Source: Patescibacteria group bacterium
GTDB taxonomy: Bacteria > Patescibacteriota > Minisyncoccia > Phycocordibacterales > Phycocordibacteraceae
Direction: 5' to 3'
DNA: 47,647 nt
Assembly: GCA_038057055.1 (NCBI GenBank)
Contig: JBBUDY010000002.1
Location: 1-47,647, forward strand
Position 1 is the stretch's first letter. The number at the start of each line of letters is the position of its first letter. Made by a program: the position numbers and the translations under genes. A model generated the notes under the pieces. It was not told where the DNA came from. It saw only the letters and a program-made list of their open reading frames with translations, and searched no databases. This document shows, in pieces, positions 1 to 10,412 of the stretch.

Positions 1-1076
1 AGCCGGAGAAATATATCCGCACATTCGCGGGTGATATGGATATGGTGAAAAAGGGCGGGACACCCGACCTTGCACCGCTTGGCGCAGTATCTCCGCCAAA
101 ACCGACTGCACCGCCGATTGCTCCAAAACCAGTACAACCACCCGTTCCGGCTACACCGCCACCACCGTTAGTTATTGCACCTGTGAGCCCGGCTCCACCA
201 CAGGTGGCACCGAAAAATCCGCCGCTCCAAACCTACTCAAATGATTTTTCTGAGCGGATGAAGACAACGCATGCCTCAACTGCGACCGTACTTGCCGCGG
301 AACAAGACAAGGCACCACGAGCTCCTCATGTAGCATCGCAAGAGTCTCCATCGTCTATCAGTCTTCCCTATGTTATTGCGAGTCTCGTGCTTCTTGTCGT
401 AAGTCTTGCGGGCGGGACTATAGCGTATATGCAGTACAGAACAGCATCGGCGCCGGTTGTAACGACTCCAGTTGTATCCACACCAATCTTTGTGGACGAA
501 CGAGAAGAGATTTCAGGTATTGATGCGACACTGTTGCAATCAGTGGTCAGCTCGGTGAGTCGTCCTCTTGCTGCGGGCACGGTCCGACTCCTGTATGTCG
601 CAACGGCGAGCGATGAAAATATCTTTACCGCACTTCCTGTATCAGCACCCGATGTACTTTTGCGCAACGTGCAGACAAAAGGGAGTATGGCAGGAGTAAT
701 CAATGTCGGCGGCAACCAGAGCCCCTTCTTTATACTTTCTGTTTCGTCATACAGCACTGTGTTCTCCAGCATGCTTGCGTGGGAGCCGCTTATGCCTGAC
801 TATCTCTCTGAACTCTTTCCGTCATATCAGATTCCGATTGGAGAGACGACAGCTACTTCAACAGTGGCGACCACAACAGAAACAGCTTCTGCATCTGTAG
901 CCGGATTTTATGATGCAACCATCGTGAATCACGATGTGCGCGTGTACCGTGACGCTTCAGGTCGCGATATGCTCCTCTACGGATTCTGGAACCAGGCGAC
1001 ACTTATTATCGCGCGAGATGCCACAGCATTTACAGAAATAGTTGGGCGACTTTCGACTGCCAGCACGCCTCGATAA
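1..1076 (+). CDS. Pro-rich, single-TM hypothetical protein; probably 5'-truncated by the window edge
   Basis: The frame is open upstream of Met 36 (PEKYIRTFAGD). Pro-rich N-region, TM segment LPYVIASLVLLVVSLAGGTIAY, then a globular C-domain. Confidence 0.75.
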   Translation, partial: PEKYIRTFAGDMDMVKKGGTPDLAPLGAVSPPKPTAPPIAPKPVQPPVPATPPPPLVIAPVSPAPPQVAPKNPPLQTYSNDFSERMKTTHASTATVLAAEQDKAPRAPHVASQESPSSISLPYVIASLVLLVVSLAGGTIAYMQYRTASAPVVTTPVVSTPIFVDEREEISGIDATLLQSVVSSVSRPLAAGTVRLLYVATASDENIFTALPVSAPDVLLRNVQTKGSMAGVINVGGNQSPFFILSVSSYSTVFSSMLAWEPLMPDYLSELFPSYQIPIGETTATSTVATTTETASASVAGFYDATIVNHDVRVYRDASGRDMLLYGFWNQATLIIARDATAFTEIVGRLSTASTPR

Positions 1077-1095
1077 TGTCTGCTATGATTCTTCC

Positions 1096-1443
1096 ATGAA
1101 GACTGAGCACTTCAGAAAGAAACTTGAAGCCGAGAAAGTGCGGTTGGAGTCTGAAATGGGAACGGTCGGGCGCAAAAACCCTGCCGTTCCCGGCGATTGG
1201 GAGGCCATACCGTCAGAAACAAGCACTGAAGCGGATCTCGCTGATCAGGCCGATGTAGTGATGAATCGCGATAGCAATATTGCCATTCTTGCTGACCTTG
1301 AGGCGCGGTACGACACTATTCTTGAAGCACTTTCGCGCATAGAAGAAGGAAAGTATGGGAAATGCGAAGTGTGTCACGGGAAAATAGAAGAGGCGCGACT
1401 CGAGGCCGACCCCTCGGCGACAACCTGTATCAAGGATTTATAA
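1096..1443 (+). CDS. DksA/TraR C4-type zinc finger family protein
   Basis: Coiled coil with DLADQA (DxxDxA) tip, then [25 protein letters not shown] 1096 lies 6 nt after TATGAT. Confidence 0.85.
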   Translation: MKTEHFRKKLEAEKVRLESEMGTVGRKNPAVPGDWEAIPSETSTEADLADQADVVMNRDSNIAILADLEARYDTILEALSRIEEGKYGKCEVCHGKIEEARLEADPSATTCIKDL

Positions 1444-1471
1444 CGGATTCGACAGCTCACCACAAGCAACA

Positions 1472-3004
1472 ATGCCTATTGCAGTGCACAAGAAAGGATA
1501 CGCAAAGACGTTTGCTGCGCAGCCGATTGGTTCAGCGGCAGAACTGGTAAGCGTCGAGGCTGATCTTACGCGCGGACTCCACGCGTTCTCTGTCGTTGGT
1601 CTCGCTGATAAAGCGGTTGGGGAGGCGCGCGACCGGGTGAGTGCGGCGATACGGCATTCCGGCATCAAGCCGCCAAAACAACAGAACAAACGCATTATCC
1701 TCTCGCTCTCGCCGGCAGACCTGAAAAAAGAAGGTTCGCATTATGACCTCGCGCTTGCGCTTGCATATCTAATTGCCGCAGATGAACTCGCTCCTTTCAC
1801 CACTGAAATGCTCTTTTCTGGAGAGCTTGCACTCGACGGCACGCTCCGGAGCGTGCGCGGAGTGCTCCCGCAGGTGCTCGCCGCGAAACGCCGCGGCATC
1901 ACCACGATTTTCATTCCACCCGGGAATGCGCGCGAGGCGCTTCTCGCTGGGGGTGTCACGGTCTATGCGCCAAAGACGCTTGCAGAGCTGTTGCAACACT
2001 TGAAGGGCGAGAAACCGCTCCCGCGCCTCGTGCGCGATCGGCAGACACCAGTGCCGCCGCCTTCGCTCGACTTGCGAGATGTAAAAGGGCAGGAGAGCGC
2101 GAAGCGCGCGCTCGAAATTGCTGCTGCAGGTCGTCACAACATCGTCTTCTACGGACCGCCGGGGACAGGGAAGACGATGCTCGCGCGAGCGCTCGCAGGC
2201 ATCCTCCCGCCGCTCACGGATGACGATATGCTCGAGGTAACTGCGATACATTCAACTGCGGGGCTGCTCAAAGAAGGAGAGGCGATGCACTGGCCGCCCT
2301 TTCGTTCGCCACACCACTCTATATCGCACGTGGCGATCGTGGGTGGTGGCGCATTCCCGAAGGCGGGCGAAGTCACGCTCGCGCACAAGGGAGTGCTTTT
2401 TCTCGATGAGTTTCCTGAATTTGATTCGCGAACACTCGAGGCACTTCGACAGCCGCTTGAAGATCGCGTGGTTACCGTTTCGCGAGCACGGGCGAGCGTC
2501 ACCTTCCCCGCTGACTGCATGATAGTTGCGGCGATGAATCCGGCGAGCACGCTCTCCGAGGATTCCCGCGTGGCGATGCGGGCGGCAGAGAAACAGTCGC
2601 GCCGTATCTCGCGGCCCATCGTTGACCGCCTCGACCTCTGGATAGAAGTGCCGCTTGTCCCGCATGACACGCTCGCGAAATTGAGTACTGGCGAGCCGTC
2701 AGAGAAGGTGCGCGAGCGTGTGGTCGCGGCGCGCGTGCGGGCCGCGAAGCGCACCGGAAAAAGAAATGCGACCAATGCCGCGCTCACCGGCCGCGAGCTT
2801 GATGAGAAAAGTGGCTTCACCACTGCGGCAAAAGAGACGCTTACACAATCTGCTGTCCGACTCAACCTTTCACCGCGCAGCTACCACCGCACGATGCGCG
2901 TCGCGCGCACCATCGCCGACCTTGCCGGTGCGGACACCGTTACCCCCGCATATGTCCACGAAGCACTCCAATACCGCCCGCGCGGCCTATTCGGGTTTGA
3001 ATAA
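1472..3004 (+). CDS. comM: ComM/YifB Mg-chelatase-like AAA+ ATPase
   Basis: [15 protein letters not shown], Walker [55 protein letters not shown]. Confidence 0.93.
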   Translation: MPIAVHKKGYAKTFAAQPIGSAAELVSVEADLTRGLHAFSVVGLADKAVGEARDRVSAAIRHSGIKPPKQQNKRIILSLSPADLKKEGSHYDLALALAYLIAADELAPFTTEMLFSGELALDGTLRSVRGVLPQVLAAKRRGITTIFIPPGNAREALLAGGVTVYAPKTLAELLQHLKGEKPLPRLVRDRQTPVPPPSLDLRDVKGQESAKRALEIAAAGRHNIVFYGPPGTGKTMLARALAGILPPLTDDDMLEVTAIHSTAGLLKEGEAMHWPPFRSPHHSISHVAIVGGGAFPKAGEVTLAHKGVLFLDEFPEFDSRTLEALRQPLEDRVVTVSRARASVTFPADCMIVAAMNPASTLSEDSRVAMRAAEKQSRRISRPIVDRLDLWIEVPLVPHDTLAKLSTGEPSEKVRERVVAARVRAAKRTGKRNATNAALTGRELDEKSGFTTAAKETLTQSAVRLNLSPRSYHRTMRVARTIADLAGADTVTPAYVHEALQYRPRGLFGFE

Positions 3005-3057
3005 GTCGTCCATAAATCGTGAAAAAGGTGTTTTCCCCGACCTTTTTCACGATTATG

Positions 3058-3085
3058 TTGACAAAAGCGTTAACACGACTATACT
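3058..3085 (+). promoter_or_regulatory. sigma70-type promoter for a leaderless fic transcript
   Basis: TTGACA(3058)-16 nt-TATACT(3080), with the ATG 6 nt downstream. Confidence 0.65.
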
Positions 3086-3091
3086 GTTAGT

Positions 3092-3970
3092 ATGATAAAA
3101 ATATTATCAGTAGTTAAAAAGATTAGTACCCTCCGAGAGAGGTATTATAGAGCATTTGTTGGTAAAGAGGCACTTCTTACACTTATCTCCGAAGCTGAAA
3201 TCTCTGAGCAAGTTTACAACTCAAATGCTATTGAAAATAGTACGCTCAGTCTTGAAGAAACAGAAAAAATATTGCTCCAAATCGATCTTGACCGTTTCAT
3301 CAGCGAACGCGAGATCTTTGAAGCAAAAAACCTCGCGCGAGTTGTTTCATATATCGACAAACGTGCTAAGGAACAGGAACTCTCACTCGATGTCATACTA
3401 TTTCTGCATAAGATGCTCATTGCAAACATTCGTGATGATATTGCGGGAAGGTTTCGTAAAGAAAGAGAGTATGTGCGCGTTGGTAGCCACATCGCCCCAG
3501 CACCTCAAGAAATAATTGAACGATTAAATAAAATGCTGACTGAATATAACTCTGCAAGTCATGAGAGTATCATCAAGCGTGTCGCTCGACTACATCTCGC
3601 ATTTGAATACACCCACCCGTTTATCGATGGCAATGGGCGCATTGGACGTGTACTCAATAACTATATATTAATCCGCGAGGGGTATGTGCCCATCAACATC
3701 AAGTTTATCGACCGACAAAAATATTATGATGCTTTCACTGCATATAACAAAAACGGTGCGACCACCCTCATGGAAAAGATTGTGATAAAAGCGCTGACCA
3801 ATAGCTATTACAAGCGTCTTGCGTATCTTGAAGATAAAAAAATTGTCACTTTGAATGAATATGCAAAGAGCAACAATCTTTCACACTCCGGTCTCATCAA
3901 CAAAGCCGGTCGTCAAACAATAGAGGCTTTTCTGGAAAAGGGCGTATGGAAGATAGGACAGAACTTTTAG
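3092..3970 (+). CDS. Fic family AMPylase with N-terminal autoinhibitory motif
   Basis: Catalytic motif HPFIDGNGRIGR. SNAIEN matches the (S/T)xxxE(G/N) inhibitory motif. AT-richer than its neighbours. Confidence 0.92.
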   Translation: MIKILSVVKKISTLRERYYRAFVGKEALLTLISEAEISEQVYNSNAIENSTLSLEETEKILLQIDLDRFISEREIFEAKNLARVVSYIDKRAKEQELSLDVILFLHKMLIANIRDDIAGRFRKEREYVRVGSHIAPAPQEIIERLNKMLTEYNSASHESIIKRVARLHLAFEYTHPFIDGNGRIGRVLNNYILIREGYVPINIKFIDRQKYYDAFTAYNKNGATTLMEKIVIKALTNSYYKRLAYLEDKKIVTLNEYAKSNNLSHSGLINKAGRQTIEAFLEKGVWKIGQNF

Positions 3971-3976
3971 CTCTAA

Positions 3977-4025
3977 CCACGAAGCGCTCCAATACCGCCC
4001 CCGCGGTCTGTTCGGGTTTGAATAA
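3977..4025 (+). repeat. Second copy of the comM 3' end (direct repeat of 2956-3004)
   Basis: 45/49 nt identical. Both copies encode [15 protein letters not shown]. Confidence 0.95.
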
Positions 4026-4117
4026 TCACATACTTCATTTTTGTGCTATACATATACACGGAATCTAGGCGGCGCTCGGGAACGGGCGTCATTCTTTGCT
4101 GAAACAAGGGAGAAGTC

Positions 4118-4528
4118 ATGACAACTATCGCAGTAATCGGCCACCCCCAAAACGGTGCCGAACTCACAGATACGCAACGGGCTGGATTGGCGAGTACGTT
4201 GAGGCAGCTTGACTTACTGACCCGGAAGAAAAAGATGGTGGCTGTGCTCTCTTCACCCGTGGAGAATGCGATGGCGTACGCAAATCGGTTCGTGACACAT
4301 TTCGGACTGAAGAAGGTCGAGGACTGCGAAGGGCTTCTCCGGGATACTGCCAATGGTGACTTTAGTGACGGATGCGATTGCCTCGATGACTATCTGAACA
4401 GCAATTTTGGTCTCGTCGTAGTGGTTGTCGCGACTAGTATCGCGCTAGACTTCGCATGTGCACTCGCGAAATACCCGGCAGCAGTGGGTACGACGGTGTA
4501 CACCTATCCCAACCCATCAGGCGTTTAG
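4118..4528 (+). CDS. Hypothetical protein, possibly a degenerate alpha/beta fold
   Basis: 136-aa ORF with purine-rich SD-like AAGGGAGAAG upstream and a terminator downstream. Confidence 0.6.
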   Translation: MTTIAVIGHPQNGAELTDTQRAGLASTLRQLDLLTRKKKMVAVLSSPVENAMAYANRFVTHFGLKKVEDCEGLLRDTANGDFSDGCDCLDDYLNSNFGLVVVVVATSIALDFACALAKYPAAVGTTVYTYPNPSGV

Positions 4529-4542
4529 GCGCCAGCCGTCCC

Positions 4543-4587
4543 AACGAAAACCGCCCCGGCGATTTCGACGGGGCGGTTTTCGTTTTT
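4543..4587. terminator. Bidirectional intrinsic terminator
   Basis: AACGAAAACCGCCCCG...CGGGGCGGTTTTCGTT hairpin between convergent genes. Confidence 0.8.
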
Positions 4588-4599
4588 ATATGAAGTAAT

Positions 4600-5694
4600 T
4601 TATTGTGGCTCGCACACGGAGCGAAGTGGGCAATTACGGAAAGGATTTGCAGCGCCGCGGACTTCAAAGTGGAGATGTGCTCCGGTCACGCGACCAGTCG
4701 AGCCAACGTATCCAATAGTTTGGCCAGAAGAAACGGATTGACCCGGTGAGACAGCGACACTCTTCAAGTGCGAGTAGAGTGTTTGAGCGCCGTTGTTGTG
4801 TGTGATAACGATGTAATTACCATAGCCGCCATTCCATCCACCGCCCCCGCGCGAGATGATGACGACACCATCGGCGGCAGCATACACGGGTGTGCCGCGT
4901 GCCGCACCAAAGTCAATGCCATTCCAGCCATGAAGCCCTTGGGTAATAAGAGCCCCCGGCACAGGGTTGCTGAAGTAGCCCGGGAAAGCAGCAGCGCCAG
5001 CTCCACGTACTGGTCCGCGAGTTACGCGAGCAATACCACTCTTCGCGGGGGTTGGAGTCGTGAGCTCGCCTCCTGGGATGATGATGGTCGAGCCAATTTC
5101 AAGTGGCTCAGCAGGATCGAGTCCGTTGAAAGTCGCGATTTCGTCTGCGTCGGCGCCAAATTTCTTTGCAAGCGATTTGAGCGTATCGCCCTTAATTACT
5201 TTTCGTTCGATGCCCGATACTGGCAAGATGATGAGTGTATCACCCGGGCGTACGTCTCTTGCGCCGCCTAGATTATTCGCCCACAGAATGGTATTCACCG
5301 AGACGTCGAACATACGCGCAATATCCGAGAGCGTATCGCCCTTGCGCACGACATAGACTGAAATGCGGTCAGATTGTTCTAATTCGACAACGTCGGTGAT
5401 AGTACCCGACGGACCACTATACGAAACGAGCGCCGAGCCGCCGGAGGTGGTGAGCGCCGTGGGTGTGCCGATATTCGGATTCCTGTTTACCGAAGCGACA
5501 AGCGCTGGTGTGGAAGCACTCGGGATGAGTGTATTTGATGCGGCATCTGCGTTTGTAGAAAAAGGCCAAAACGCGTTCGCGTGATTTGGCAGAAGGGTCG
5601 CAAGAGAGAGGATTGTCGCGAACCCGAGTATGAAGAATTGTTGGTTGGATTTGATGGGAAACGTGCGGGGTTCGGTGGGTCGGTCTAAAGACAA
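4600..5694 (-). CDS. LysM-LysM-M23 peptidoglycan endopeptidase (start uncertain, TTG 5694 proposed)
   Basis: Signal-like segment, two LysM repeats (YVVRKGDTLSDIA; KVIKGDTLKSLA) and an M23 domain (HGWNGIDF, YSHL, HLHFEVR). Confidence 0.88.
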   Translation of the reverse strand: MSLDRPTEPRTFPIKSNQQFFILGFATILSLATLLPNHANAFWPFSTNADAASNTLIPSASTPALVASVNRNPNIGTPTALTTSGGSALVSYSGPSGTITDVVELEQSDRISVYVVRKGDTLSDIARMFDVSVNTILWANNLGGARDVRPGDTLIILPVSGIERKVIKGDTLKSLAKKFGADADEIATFNGLDPAEPLEIGSTIIIPGGELTTPTPAKSGIARVTRGPVRGAGAAAFPGYFSNPVPGALITQGLHGWNGIDFGAARGTPVYAAADGVVIISRGGGGWNGGYGNYIVITHNNGAQTLYSHLKSVAVSPGQSVSSGQTIGYVGSTGRVTGAHLHFEVRGAANPFRNCPLRSVCEPQ

Positions 5695-5824
5695 AAACGG
5701 CTTATATAAGCCATTTCTTTCATACTTCCGTATCGGGTATACCGGGAGTATAGCCGAGAGAGAGTGGGAGTCAACCACTCTTTCGGACACCTGTGGAAAG
5801 CGTTTTTTGAGGTATAGTCCGAAG

Positions 5825-7798
5825 GTGAAATACCTCGATGGCTTGAATGACGCACAAAAGCGCGCGGTGCTTGCAAAAGACGGACCAATCTCTGTTCTTG
5901 CAGGTGCCGGAAGCGGGAAAACCCGCGTTTTGACGACGCGCATCTATCACCTTATCCGTACAGGCGTGCCGGCTTCGCAGGTTCTTGCGGTTACTTTCAC
6001 CAACAAGGCCGCTCGCGAGATGCGACATCGGGTACGGTCAATGCTCGGCGAGGACGGTATGCTCCCGTTCGTTGCTACTTTCCACGGATTGGGGAGGGAA
6101 TTGCTTGAGAGCTACGGAAAAGCAATCGGTGTCTCACGGTTCTTCAGTGTGTATGACCGCGATGATTCGGAGAAAGCGATAGGTACGGCACTAAAAGCGC
6201 TTGATGTCGGGACGAAAGAATTTTCACCGAGGGCGGTCCTCGGGAGAATCTCGCGCGCAAAAGGTAAGGGGGTGCGCGCACAAGAATTTTATGAAAAAAA
6301 TGCACGCTCGGGATTTGGCAATCGAATTACAGCCGAGGCGTGGCTGCGCTACGAGAAGACACTGAAGGAAGAGAAAGCGCTCGACTTTGATGACCTGATT
6401 GCACTCCCTGTGCAACTGCTCGAGGAACATGAGGACATTCGTGTGCTCGCACAAGACCGCTGGCAATACATCCACATCGATGAATACCAGGACACAAACG
6501 CACTTCAGGGTAGGCTCACGAATATGCTTGCGGCGAAACATAAAAATCTATTTGTCGTTGGTGATATCGATCAGACCATTTACACCTGGCGCGGGGCGAC
6601 GATAGAAAACTTGCTTGAGTTCGATAAAACCTATCCGGAGGCGCAGACAATTATCCTCGAGCGTAATTATCGTGCGACGAAAAATCTGGTTGATGCGGCA
6701 AATGCGGTGATAGAGAAGAATAAAAATCGTAAAGAAAAATATTCCACGACCGAAAAAGCGGCGGGTGCTCCCATTGTGGTGCATAGTGCGCGGAGTGCCG
6801 AGGACGAAGCACGTTGGATAGCGCTGACGATACGCACGCTCATGCGCGGCGGACTAAAACCAGAAGAGGTCGCGATATTGTTCCGTACGAACTTCCAGTC
6901 CCGTGCACTCGAAGAAGGACTTCTACGCGCGGGTGTGCCGTACAAACTTATCGGGACTAAATTTTTTGCGCGAAAGGAGGTGAAGGATGCGCTCGCATGG
7001 GTGCGGCTCGCGCTCGATTCTTCGCGTGAGGTGGACAAGCTCCGCGCGGCGGCGTCTCCACCGCGCGGGCTCGGCAAGGTAACACTCGGGAAACTCGCGG
7101 CAGGACAGCGTACACAACTGCGTGCTGGCGAACTCATGAAGGTGGAAGCATTTGAAAAAGTGGTTGAAGAATTGTCGCGTGCCGCAGAGACGCTCGTCCC
7201 TTCAGAATTTGTGAAGCTCGTTGTCGAGAAGAGCGGTATGCGTCGCGTGCTTTCTGACGAGGGGAGCGCTGAAGACCGCGAGCGATTTGAGAACGTTGAA
7301 GAACTTGCCTCGGTTGCCGCTCGACACGATTCAATGCCGGGGAAAGAAGGCATCGCGGCGTTTCTTGCCGAGGCGGCGCTCGCGAGCGACCAAGACGAAA
7401 TGGACCTGCCTGCCATGCCTGCGCATGCAGGGCAGGCAGGTCAGGGTGAAAAAAGAGGTGTCACGCTTATGACCGTCCATGCGGCAAAAGGGCTCGAGTT
7501 CAACACCGTCTTTGTGAGCGGGATGGAAGAAGGACTCTTCCCACATCAAGGAATGGGAAATGACACTGACCGCGATGAAGAAGAGGAGCGGAGACTCTTC
7601 TATGTCGCGGTCACGCGTGCCAAAGAGCGCCTGTATCTCACACTGGCATCTGTGCGTAAGATTTATGGGAGCGATTGTATGACGATACCCTCTTCTTTTC
7701 TCTCTGACATCGACAACTCACTGATGCTCTATGATGAAACATATGGTCCCTACTTCGCTGAAGCTACGAAGGGCGAGGAAGAAATTATTGAAGCATGA
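5825..7798 (+). CDS. pcrA: PcrA/UvrD superfamily 1 DNA helicase
   Basis: LAGAGSGKTRVL, TFTNKAA, DEYQDTN, VGDIDQTIY, LMTVHAAKGLEF, EERRLFYVAVTRA. GTG 5825 lies 6 nt after TATAGT. Confidence 0.93.
   Translation: MKYLDGLNDAQKRAVLAKDGPISVLAGAGSGKTRVLTTRIYHLIRTGVPASQVLAVTFTNKAAREMRHRVRSMLGEDGMLPFVATFHGLGRELLESYGKAIGVSRFFSVYDRDDSEKAIGTALKALDVGTKEFSPRAVLGRISRAKGKGVRAQEFYEKNARSGFGNRITAEAWLRYEKTLKEEKALDFDDLIALPVQLLEEHEDIRVLAQDRWQYIHIDEYQDTNALQGRLTNMLAAKHKNLFVVGDIDQTIYTWRGATIENLLEFDKTYPEAQTIILERNYRATKNLVDAANAVIEKNKNRKEKYSTTEKAAGAPIVVHSARSAEDEARWIALTIRTLMRGGLKPEEVAILFRTNFQSRALEEGLLRAGVPYKLIGTKFFARKEVKDALAWVRLALDSSREVDKLRAAASPPRGLGKVTLGKLAAGQRTQLRAGELMKVEAFEKVVEELSRAAETLVPSEFVKLVVEKSGMRRVLSDEGSAEDRERFENVEELASVAARHDSMPGKEGIAAFLAEAALASDQDEMDLPAMPAHAGQAGQGEKRGVTLMTVHAAKGLEFNTVFVSGMEEGLFPHQGMGNDTDRDEEEERRLFYVAVTRAKERLYLTLASVRKIYGSDCMTIPSSFLSDIDNSLMLYDETYGPYFAEATKGEEEIIEA
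7404..7441. repeat. Palindromic element family A (nested form), in frame in pcrA
   Basis: ACCTGCCTGCC...GGCAGGCAGGT, translated LPAMPAHAGQAG. Confidence 0.8.
7748..7774 (+). repeat. Palindromic element family B at the pcrA C-terminus
   Basis: CCCTACTTCGCTGAAGCTACGAAGGGC (PYFAEATKG), with near-identical copies at 28257 and 31194 and a reverse copy at 32618. Confidence 0.85.
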
Positions 7799-8574
7799 TG
7801 CACGCTAAAAAATCGTTGGGACAGAATTTCCTCATGCATGCGCGTATCGCAGAGCGGATTGCGCTCACTGCGAAGCTTGCACCTGACGCAACGGTGCTTG
7901 AGATAGGTCCCGGGACGGGTATGCTCACGCGGGAACTCCTAAAGTTGGCTGGGAAAGTAATTGCAGTCGAAGCGGATGCAGAACTTTTTGAAAAATTGCA
8001 AACAGATTTTGCACATGAAATCGCCGATGGGCGACTGAAACTTATCCATGGCGATATCCAAACATATCCCTTACACACTACGACCGTAGAAAATAAGGGA
8101 TATCAGGTGGTGGCAAATATCCCGTACTACCTCACGGGAGAAATAATCAGAATGTTTCTTGAATCAGAGAATCAACCAAGCGCGATGACCCTTCTCGTAC
8201 AGAAAGAAGTCGCCGAGCGTATCGCGCGCTCAAAAAAAGAAAGTATTCTGTCGCTTTCGGTAAAAGTCTATGGCACTCCGAAATACGAATTCACGGTACC
8301 ACGTGGGGCGTTTATGCCCGCACCGAATGTGGATTCGGCAGTGCTCACTATCCGTGATATTTCCCGAAAAAATTTTTCTACGCCCGAAGAAGAAAAGAAA
8401 TTTTTTGCATTGCTTCACACTGGATTCGCACATAAGCGCAAATTTGTACGGAAGAATTTAACTGAAGCCGGGCTTCCCGCTGGAGACATATCAAAAAAAG
8501 CACGCGCGGAGGATGTGACGCTCGTCGAGTGGATTTCCCTGAGCAAAGAAGGGTTCGAGCTAGCTACTTTCTAG
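7795..8574 (+). CDS. rsmA: 16S rRNA m6,2A dimethyltransferase RsmA/KsgA
   Basis: AKKSLGQNFL, VLEIGPGTG, VVANIPYYLT, FMPAPNVDSAV. Confidence 0.95.
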   Translation: MMHAKKSLGQNFLMHARIAERIALTAKLAPDATVLEIGPGTGMLTRELLKLAGKVIAVEADAELFEKLQTDFAHEIADGRLKLIHGDIQTYPLHTTTVENKGYQVVANIPYYLTGEIIRMFLESENQPSAMTLLVQKEVAERIARSKKESILSLSVKVYGTPKYEFTVPRGAFMPAPNVDSAVLTIRDISRKNFSTPEEEKKFFALLHTGFAHKRKFVRKNLTEAGLPAGDISKKARAEDVTLVEWISLSKEGFELATF

Positions 8575-10412
8575 AACATACCGCCGAATATACCGCCAGG
8601 AGCGGCGCCGGTGAATGGGGTTACGGTGGCAGCTGCCGGTATAATCGGTATGCACCGGCTCGGGATACAGTTACAGGGGGAATATGGAGTTGATGGGAAA
8701 CCTGGTATATAGAATCCACCCTTCGGACCGCCGGGGGTTACGAAACCAATCGCCCATTCTCCAGGAAAGAGGGCATAACTGGGGAACATCAGGCTATTCA
8801 CTATAGAGACCGCAAGAAATCCGGAAGAAGGAACGATGAGACCCTTCAAAAAAATGAAATAGTCATAGAAAAATAAAGCAGGAGGCGTTTGGGGCGGGGC
8901 GGGAATACCAGCGGAACACGCGGCGGAAAATTCAGTGCCGGGAATTAAACTACAGTTGGGAACATTTAGTAAAAATCTAGGCATTTCACAGGTAACCGTA
9001 TACCCGAATAAATCATATCCGCCAAAAGCGCCAACGGCAGTGGTTAAGGCAAGGGCTGCGCCAATGACACCGGTGACACTCGCAGGGCTCGCAATGTTTC
9101 CAAACGTGGAGGCGGAAGTCTTGGTCTCTCGACACGAGGCATCGGTGCCACTGACCCCGGCACAGGTCCAGGTGTATTCACTTGCACTTTCTCCCGCGCT
9201 CTGGCTCGTACCGGCAGCGCAGGCATTGTGAATAGAGCCGCAGGCGCCATTGACCGGCGCACCACCGACCACGACCGTTAGTGACTTCGATACATTCGGT
9301 CCGACGCCATTTCCACAAACGAGGGTGAACGTGGTGGTGGTGGTGAGCGGTCCAGAATTCTTACTGATGTTGCCACTGCTCCCGAGTGGAACGGGTTCTC
9401 CATTGATAGAACAAGTGATAGTACCGCCACCAGAGATTCTGCCGGCGGTAAGGTTGGTGTTATATCCAGTTGCCACTGAAGGAGCGGCGGTGAAAATAAT
9501 AACTTCAACATCCTTTGGACATGAGAGGTCTACGGGATCCCAGGTAGAGAAAGGGTCACATCGCAAGGAAACAGTGTAGGGACTCCATGCGCCCGCTGCA
9601 CCGAAGATGTCGACCGCGCGCACTTTGAAATTTACTACGCCAAGAGTTTTCCAATTTTTTGCCTGGTACAGCCACGTATCTGACGGGAAATAGGTTGCGG
9701 AAGGAATCTCCAGCTCGATAAAATCATCGCTGTACCAGTCGATCTGATACTTAAGCCTCCCGTTTTCTGGATCGTGAGCGCGAAAGGAGTATGACGTGTT
9801 GGGAGGACCTATGGGGGGGCCGTTAATGACGGGAGCGAGCGGCGGCTCATTCCCTGTTGTTTTTATGACGGTAATCAACTGCCAGGTGCCACAGTTATTA
9901 TCCAGATTTGATTCATTGACCGAGTTATTCAAATTCCAGGCGGTATTAATATTTGCGCACAGAGCGACGGCGTATGTGCCGGAAGTAGTAAATATGTACG
10001 AGCCAGAGACGAGGGGGCTAAATGATTCGTTTGTGGCAAGAAAGGAGATTACTGGACTCGCGGCCACTCGTACCAAGGATGTTGTCGCGATGTGTACGGT
10101 CTGGTTCTCACTCGTTGTTATTTGCGTGGAGGACGATGATTGTGGGACGAGTTTTACTATCTTAAACGTGTTCGGGAACCCGGGAGTTTTAGAAGCGTCG
10201 CTGCTGATATTGGAGATTGTTCCAGAGAACGACACCGTCTGCCCTACGGTGGCAGAGGAGGGAGAGACAGTGGTGGTACTCGCCATAAGGTCGGGTCGAG
10301 GATTCCAGTCATCAGGCACTGGCTCAGGCATAGGTGGGAACATCGCTGCGCTCGCCTGGAGCGGGAAAGACGCTACTGTGATACATACCATGAGCAGGAG
10401 GATATTTTTCAT
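8571..10412 (-). CDS. Secreted Cys-rich multi-domain surface protein (CARDB/Ig-like modules)
   Basis: Signal peptide (QASA), a CARDB-like ESNLDNNC motif, a PKD/Ig-like NEPPLAP..DPENG..YQIDW module, a Cys-rich PVNGACG repeat and a hydrophobic Cys/Pro-rich C-domain. Confidence 0.7.
   Translation of the reverse strand: MKNILLLMVCITVASFPLQASAAMFPPMPEPVPDDWNPRPDLMASTTTVSPSSATVGQTVSFSGTISNISSDASKTPGFPNTFKIVKLVPQSSSSTQITTSENQTVHIATTSLVRVAASPVISFLATNESFSPLVSGSYIFTTSGTYAVALCANINTAWNLNNSVNESNLDNNCGTWQLITVIKTTGNEPPLAPVINGPPIGPPNTSYSFRAHDPENGRLKYQIDWYSDDFIELEIPSATYFPSDTWLYQAKNWKTLGVVNFKVRAVDIFGAAGAWSPYTVSLRCDPFSTWDPVDLSCPKDVEVIIFTAAPSVATGYNTNLTAGRISGGGTITCSINGEPVPLGSSGNISKNSGPLTTTTTFTLVCGNGVGPNVSKSLTVVVGGAPVNGACGSIHNACAAGTSQSAGESASEYTWTCAGVSGTDASCRETKTSASTFGNIASPASVTGVIGAALALTTAVGAFGGYDLFGYTVTCEMPRFLLNVPNCSLIPGTEFSAACSAGIPAPPQTPPALFFYDYFIFLKGLIVPSSGFLAVSIVNSLMFPSYALFPGEWAIGFVTPGGPKGGFYIPGFPSTPYSPCNCIPSRCIPIIPAAATVTPFTGAAPGGIFGGMF

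Noticed and set aside
2956-4025. Classical integrase island or prophage with attL/attR
   Set aside because: No recombinase or phage genes are present, the cargo is under 1 kb, and the repeats are synonymously diverged rather than identical.
5630-5943. Apparent long overlap between the M23 and pcrA ORFs
   Set aside because: This is an artefact of maximal ORF extension. The likely starts (about 5694 on minus, 5825 on plus) do not overlap.
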